From contig NW_021827219.1 in assembly GCF_006345805.1 (NCBI RefSeq), positions 1 through 10,980 on the forward strand: a stretch of DNA of 10,980 nucleotides, read 5' to 3'. The notes under the pieces are model-generated. The model was given only the letters and a program-made list of their open reading frames with translations. It made no database searches and was not told where the DNA came from. The translations under genes and the position numbers were made by a program. The stretch comes from Octopus sinensis (Eukaryota). Positions within the stretch are counted from its first letter, which is position 1. The number at the start of each line of letters is the position of its first letter. Shown piece after piece: positions 8,206 to 10,980 of the stretch.

Positions 8206-8639
8206 ATTTATCTTGCAATAACTATATCAGGGGTTTTCTGAGGGTTTTAAACTTTTGATTGTTGATTGAAACGTCACTGCTCTGTCAGTCAATAATCATG
8301 AAGTGTAAATCTTGGAGATTTTGCGACGGTGGCGAGATGACTTTTGAGACTTTAGCATTCAATCATTATCGATCTGCTAATGGATGAAAGCCTCATCACA
8401 TGATTGCCGACTTACGTAGATGCATCATGTCCATTGCAGACTGGGAAGTTATAGGCATTAAAAGTAAGCTATGTTATGAGTATTAAATGTATAACAGGCT
8501 GGAATGTTCTAAGTTTCAGAAGCAGGACAGGGTTCTATCAATACTACGAAAAGAATTCTCACAATATAACCATCTCGCGTACTTGATGAAGGGTTGTGTG
8601 TGTACGTCCTCATATGCACACGATTGTATTCCTACGATC

Positions 8640-8745
8640 GTCAGATCAGTTCTGGCCGTCGGCAACTGAGTTCGGACTCGGAATACTGGATCACTTATAA
8701 CATCTCGTCCGACTCCCTAACAAACATGCTAAACCACCACCCTGA
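8640..8745 (-). mobile_element. Degenerate family A-like SINE head
   Basis: tccgactccctaac (about 8707-8720) is the reverse complement of gttagggagtcgga in the SINE at 2565-2578. Confidence 0.4.
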
Positions 8746-8810
8746 ATTAATAAGTTATTTAACGAGCCGGAAAGGAGGTAAGACAAGCTATGTGCTTAGA
8801 GATGATCTTG

Positions 8811-9050
8811 GGTAGTGGAGAGACAGAAACGTTAGAGCGTCGAACAAAATGTCTTATGATGCTTGTTCCGCTTCTATACCTTCTGAGTTCAAGCACCACG
8901 AAAGCCAACTTTGCTTTTCATCCTTTCAGTGTCGATAAAATAAGTACCAGTCAAGTGCTGGGTTGATGTAATCGCGACTAGTCCCCTCCAACCAAAATTT
9001 TAGGCTCTGTTCCTATAGCAGAAAGGATTATTATTATTATTATTATTATT
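8811..9050 (+). mobile_element. Family A SINE, full length, with an (ATT)8 tail
   Basis: cagaaacgttagagcgtcgaacaaaatg...gagttcaagc (8885-8894)...actttgcttttcatcctttcagtgtcgataaaataagtaccagt...cctatagcagaaagg followed by (att)8 at 9027-9050. Confidence 0.88.
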
Positions 9051-9478
9051 GAGTGAGAGAGCAGTGCATGCCATCAAAGTGACACTGGGGTAAAATATAT
9101 GAAGCCCAATATACCCATCATGACTACCCGTCTGATAAAGGTACCCCAGGCACATGCATCACAACCATGTGTGCGACATGGTGATCTCATATCAAGATAA
9201 ACAGCACATGACCTTGCAGGTGGGGCCCAGTTAGAATTTTCTTCAGGTTGAGTAGCCCATCCCGCTCAAAAGGTCCCTGAATAAGGGTTGTTTAAGGATG
9301 TTGAAAGAACCACCCATGTTTCCAGAGGTGAATTATTCAAACCCCAAAGAATCCCTCTCAACACATGGCTATGATGCTCCCCCACTACTTCTGCTCGTGA
9401 TCAGAGATGCACATATCGTCAGCCACTAAGGGACATGCTCAACTGGTTAAGGTCAAACAACTGACAAGCAAATCTGTG

Positions 9479-9480
<2 letters not shown>
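9051..9480 (-). mobile_element. 430-bp non-coding interspersed element flanked on both sides by (ATT)n
   Basis: High-complexity sequence with no ORF of 60 aa or more, bounded exactly by (ATT)8 at 9027-9050 and (ATT)11 at 9481-9513. I recall it as an abundant octopus repeat (unverified). Strand is inferred from a presumed (TAA)n tail. Confidence 0.65.
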
Positions 9481-9513
<33 letters not shown>

Positions 9514-9515
<2 letters not shown>

Positions 9516-9553
9516 GGCAGTGAGCTGGCAGAATCGTTAGCACACTGGGCGAA
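9514..9553 (+). mobile_element. Family A SINE head only, abruptly truncated
   Basis: aaggcagtgagctggcagaatcgttagcacactgggcgaa. Confidence 0.85.
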
Positions 9554-9644
9554 GGAGCCTGTTTCATTGAAATTTCAACATCAATAATTGGGTATTTTTG
9601 TATGTATGTATATATTATGTATGTATTATGTATGTATGTATGTA
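9552..9644 (-). mobile_element. Second partial copy of the fragment C 3' UTR plus a (TATG)n tract
   Basis: aaggagcctgtttcattgaaatttcaacatcaataattgggtatttttgtatg (9552 onward) aligns with aaggctgtttcattggaatttcaacattaacaacatggcattttttttatg (9712 onward). Confidence 0.75.
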
Positions 9645-10068
9645 GTCATTATTCAGTTTTATTTCAAAATTTCTTTCCAATTGAGAAAGAACCGGTTTCT
9701 AACCTAGATCCAAGGCTGTTTCATTGGAATTTCAACATTAACAACATGGCATTTTTTTTATGTACGTATGTGTACATGTATGTTTTGTCTTATGTATTTA
9801 CTCTCATGCATATGGTTGCATATCTAGACACGCTCATATATATTTAAATGATAAACTTCTGGAAAGTTTTACAGATTTTTACAGTTCCAGTTAAGAATTG
9901 GATCTGTAGTCGCCGAATTTGCTTTCTCCTTTCTGGTTTTGAGAAACCTAATTTCTCAAAATTGGAATTTAGGCAGTGTATTACATATCCCAGGGCCTCA
10001 ATAATTACACATATAAACCCGAACTTGTCTGGGTAGAGTAACTGCAGATTTTTTAATTGTTCAGCATA
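9645..10068 (-). mobile_element. 5'-truncated RLE-type non-LTR retrotransposon, fragment C, in a (CATA)n/(TATG)n microsatellite
   Basis: The C-terminal part of ORF 9844-10128 reads YAEQLKNLQLLYPDKFGFICVIIEALGYVIHCLNSNFEKLGFSKPERRKQIRRLQIQFLTGTVKICKTFQKFII*, containing a decayed II-G-ALG and LQ...TGT...I-x-K pattern. A roughly 200-nt 3' UTR ends ...aaataaaactgaataatgac before (TACA)n; (TATG)3 lies at 10067-10078. Confidence 0.78.
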
Positions 10069-10097
10069 TGTATGTATGTATATTTGTGAAGTACTTA

Positions 10098-10300
10098 CAC
10101 GTAGTTTCCAACAGCCAAATTCACTCATTGGTGGGCCAGAGGCTATAGTAGATGCCGAGCAGTGGAAATGATCCCGAAACCACGCGGTTGCAAAGCAAGC
10201 CTTTATTCACATTGGCTGCGAGAAATAGTAGAAGATACTTGCTCATGGTGCAACGGAGAGAGACTGAGCCCGAAACCATGTGGTTGGAAATAGAACCTTT
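10098..10300 (-). mobile_element. Two adjacent fragments of a tRNA-derived, possibly CORE-type SINE (family B)
   Basis: atagtaga...cccgaaacca(c/t)g(c/t)ggttg occurs twice (about 10145-10190 and 10225-10286); the minus strand reads caaccacatggtttcgggctcagtc...gcaccatgagcaagtatcttctactat. Confidence 0.75.
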
Positions 10301-10339
10301 ATCAGATGGTTATGTCTGCGCGTGAAATAACGAGTCCGC

Positions 10340-10396
10340 ATGCCTGGAATCGAACTCGTGCACCTGTATAAAAGTCAGGAAGCTTAATCACTAGAC
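10340..10396 (-). mobile_element. Isolated tRNA-like SINE head
   Basis: Minus strand reads gtctagtgattaagc (A-box-like)...gagttcgattcc (B box, 10357-10346). Confidence 0.6.
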
Positions 10397-10539
10397 TATA
10401 TTGTTGAATACAATTGCCAAATCTTGAAACGAAATGCTTAACAAACGAATCGGCGGGAGAAACCAATCAGCGTTAATTACACGCTGTCAACAGCAACGAC
10501 ACGTATGACTAGAAGCAAACGACATAAGACAGACATCAA

Positions 10540-10660
10540 AATAATGGTATATATTAAATAATGCAGTTTTAGAATTACTGAAAACATGATAAAGAAGAGC
10601 AATATCATTGATCATAGGTTTACTCAATCAGGATTGACCTAGGGCTAAACACAAACACTA
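10540..10660 (+). mobile_element. Family D repeat fragment
   Basis: Aligns in inverted orientation with 2985-3035 (tgatcatagg...attgacct...aaaca). Confidence 0.6.
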
Positions 10661-10742
10661 TATCAACAAGTCGTTTCCTGAATGTTACGTTGTAAATCAA
10701 TCAGTTAGACAGAAGAATGTAAACTTGTAAAGAAAGCTACGC

Positions 10743-10803
10743 TACACACGCACACACACCTCACCCAAATCGCTCTCGCTCACTCTCTCTCCCTCGCTTT
10801 CTT

Positions 10804-10864
<61 letters not shown>

Positions 10865-10865
10865 A
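10743..10865. repeat. (CA)n followed by a long (CT)n microsatellite
   Basis: Pure CT run at about 10806-10855. Confidence 0.95.
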
Positions 10866-10980
10866 CTGTCACTTCTATCTCATTTCGTTTTCCGTCTTCA
10901 ATACATATCCCCATATTAAGTTCAGTTATTCGCTTGCCCAATTCTTCTCCTCAGGTTGCTTTTTCTAACATAATCTCATT

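Noticed and set aside
5197-8440. Joining the two minus-strand candidate microexons (8440-8416 and 5235-5197) into one gene
   Set aside because: Both open frames of the 25-nt segment hit a stop in the 39-nt segment when spliced directly.
9027-9513. CRISPR-like array or telomeric repeats
   Set aside because: There is no repeat-spacer periodicity and no TTAGGG/TTAGG arrays; the repeats are simple microsatellites in a eukaryotic context.

Overview
A non-coding, AT-rich eukaryotic window with no supportable protein-coding gene. The repeat families resemble, from memory and not from a database check, those of coleoid cephalopods such as Octopus. Bases 1-2500 are dominated by (TA)n/(CA)n/(TATG)n microsatellites, which generate most of the listed ORFs. 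This part also holds a near-perfect 201-nt hairpin (846-1046, 94/95-nt arms, 12-nt loop). Bases 2500-10980 are a mosaic of about 20 tRNA-derived SINE copies or fragments from at least 3-4 families, plus three minus-strand, 5'-truncated 3' ends of non-LTR retrotransposons encoding a restriction-like endonuclease (RLE; R4/Dong-like). Two RLE fragments are stacked head-to-tail in one (TAA)n-type tract (5257-6170). The third is embedded in (CATA)n/(TATG)n tracts (9599-10080). An unexplained 430-bp non-coding element is bracketed by (ATT)n (9051-9480), and a truncated SINE has a 16-bp target-site duplication (3560-3735). The most notable signals are the long hairpin and an apparent set of microsatellite-targeting retroelements with different target repeats.
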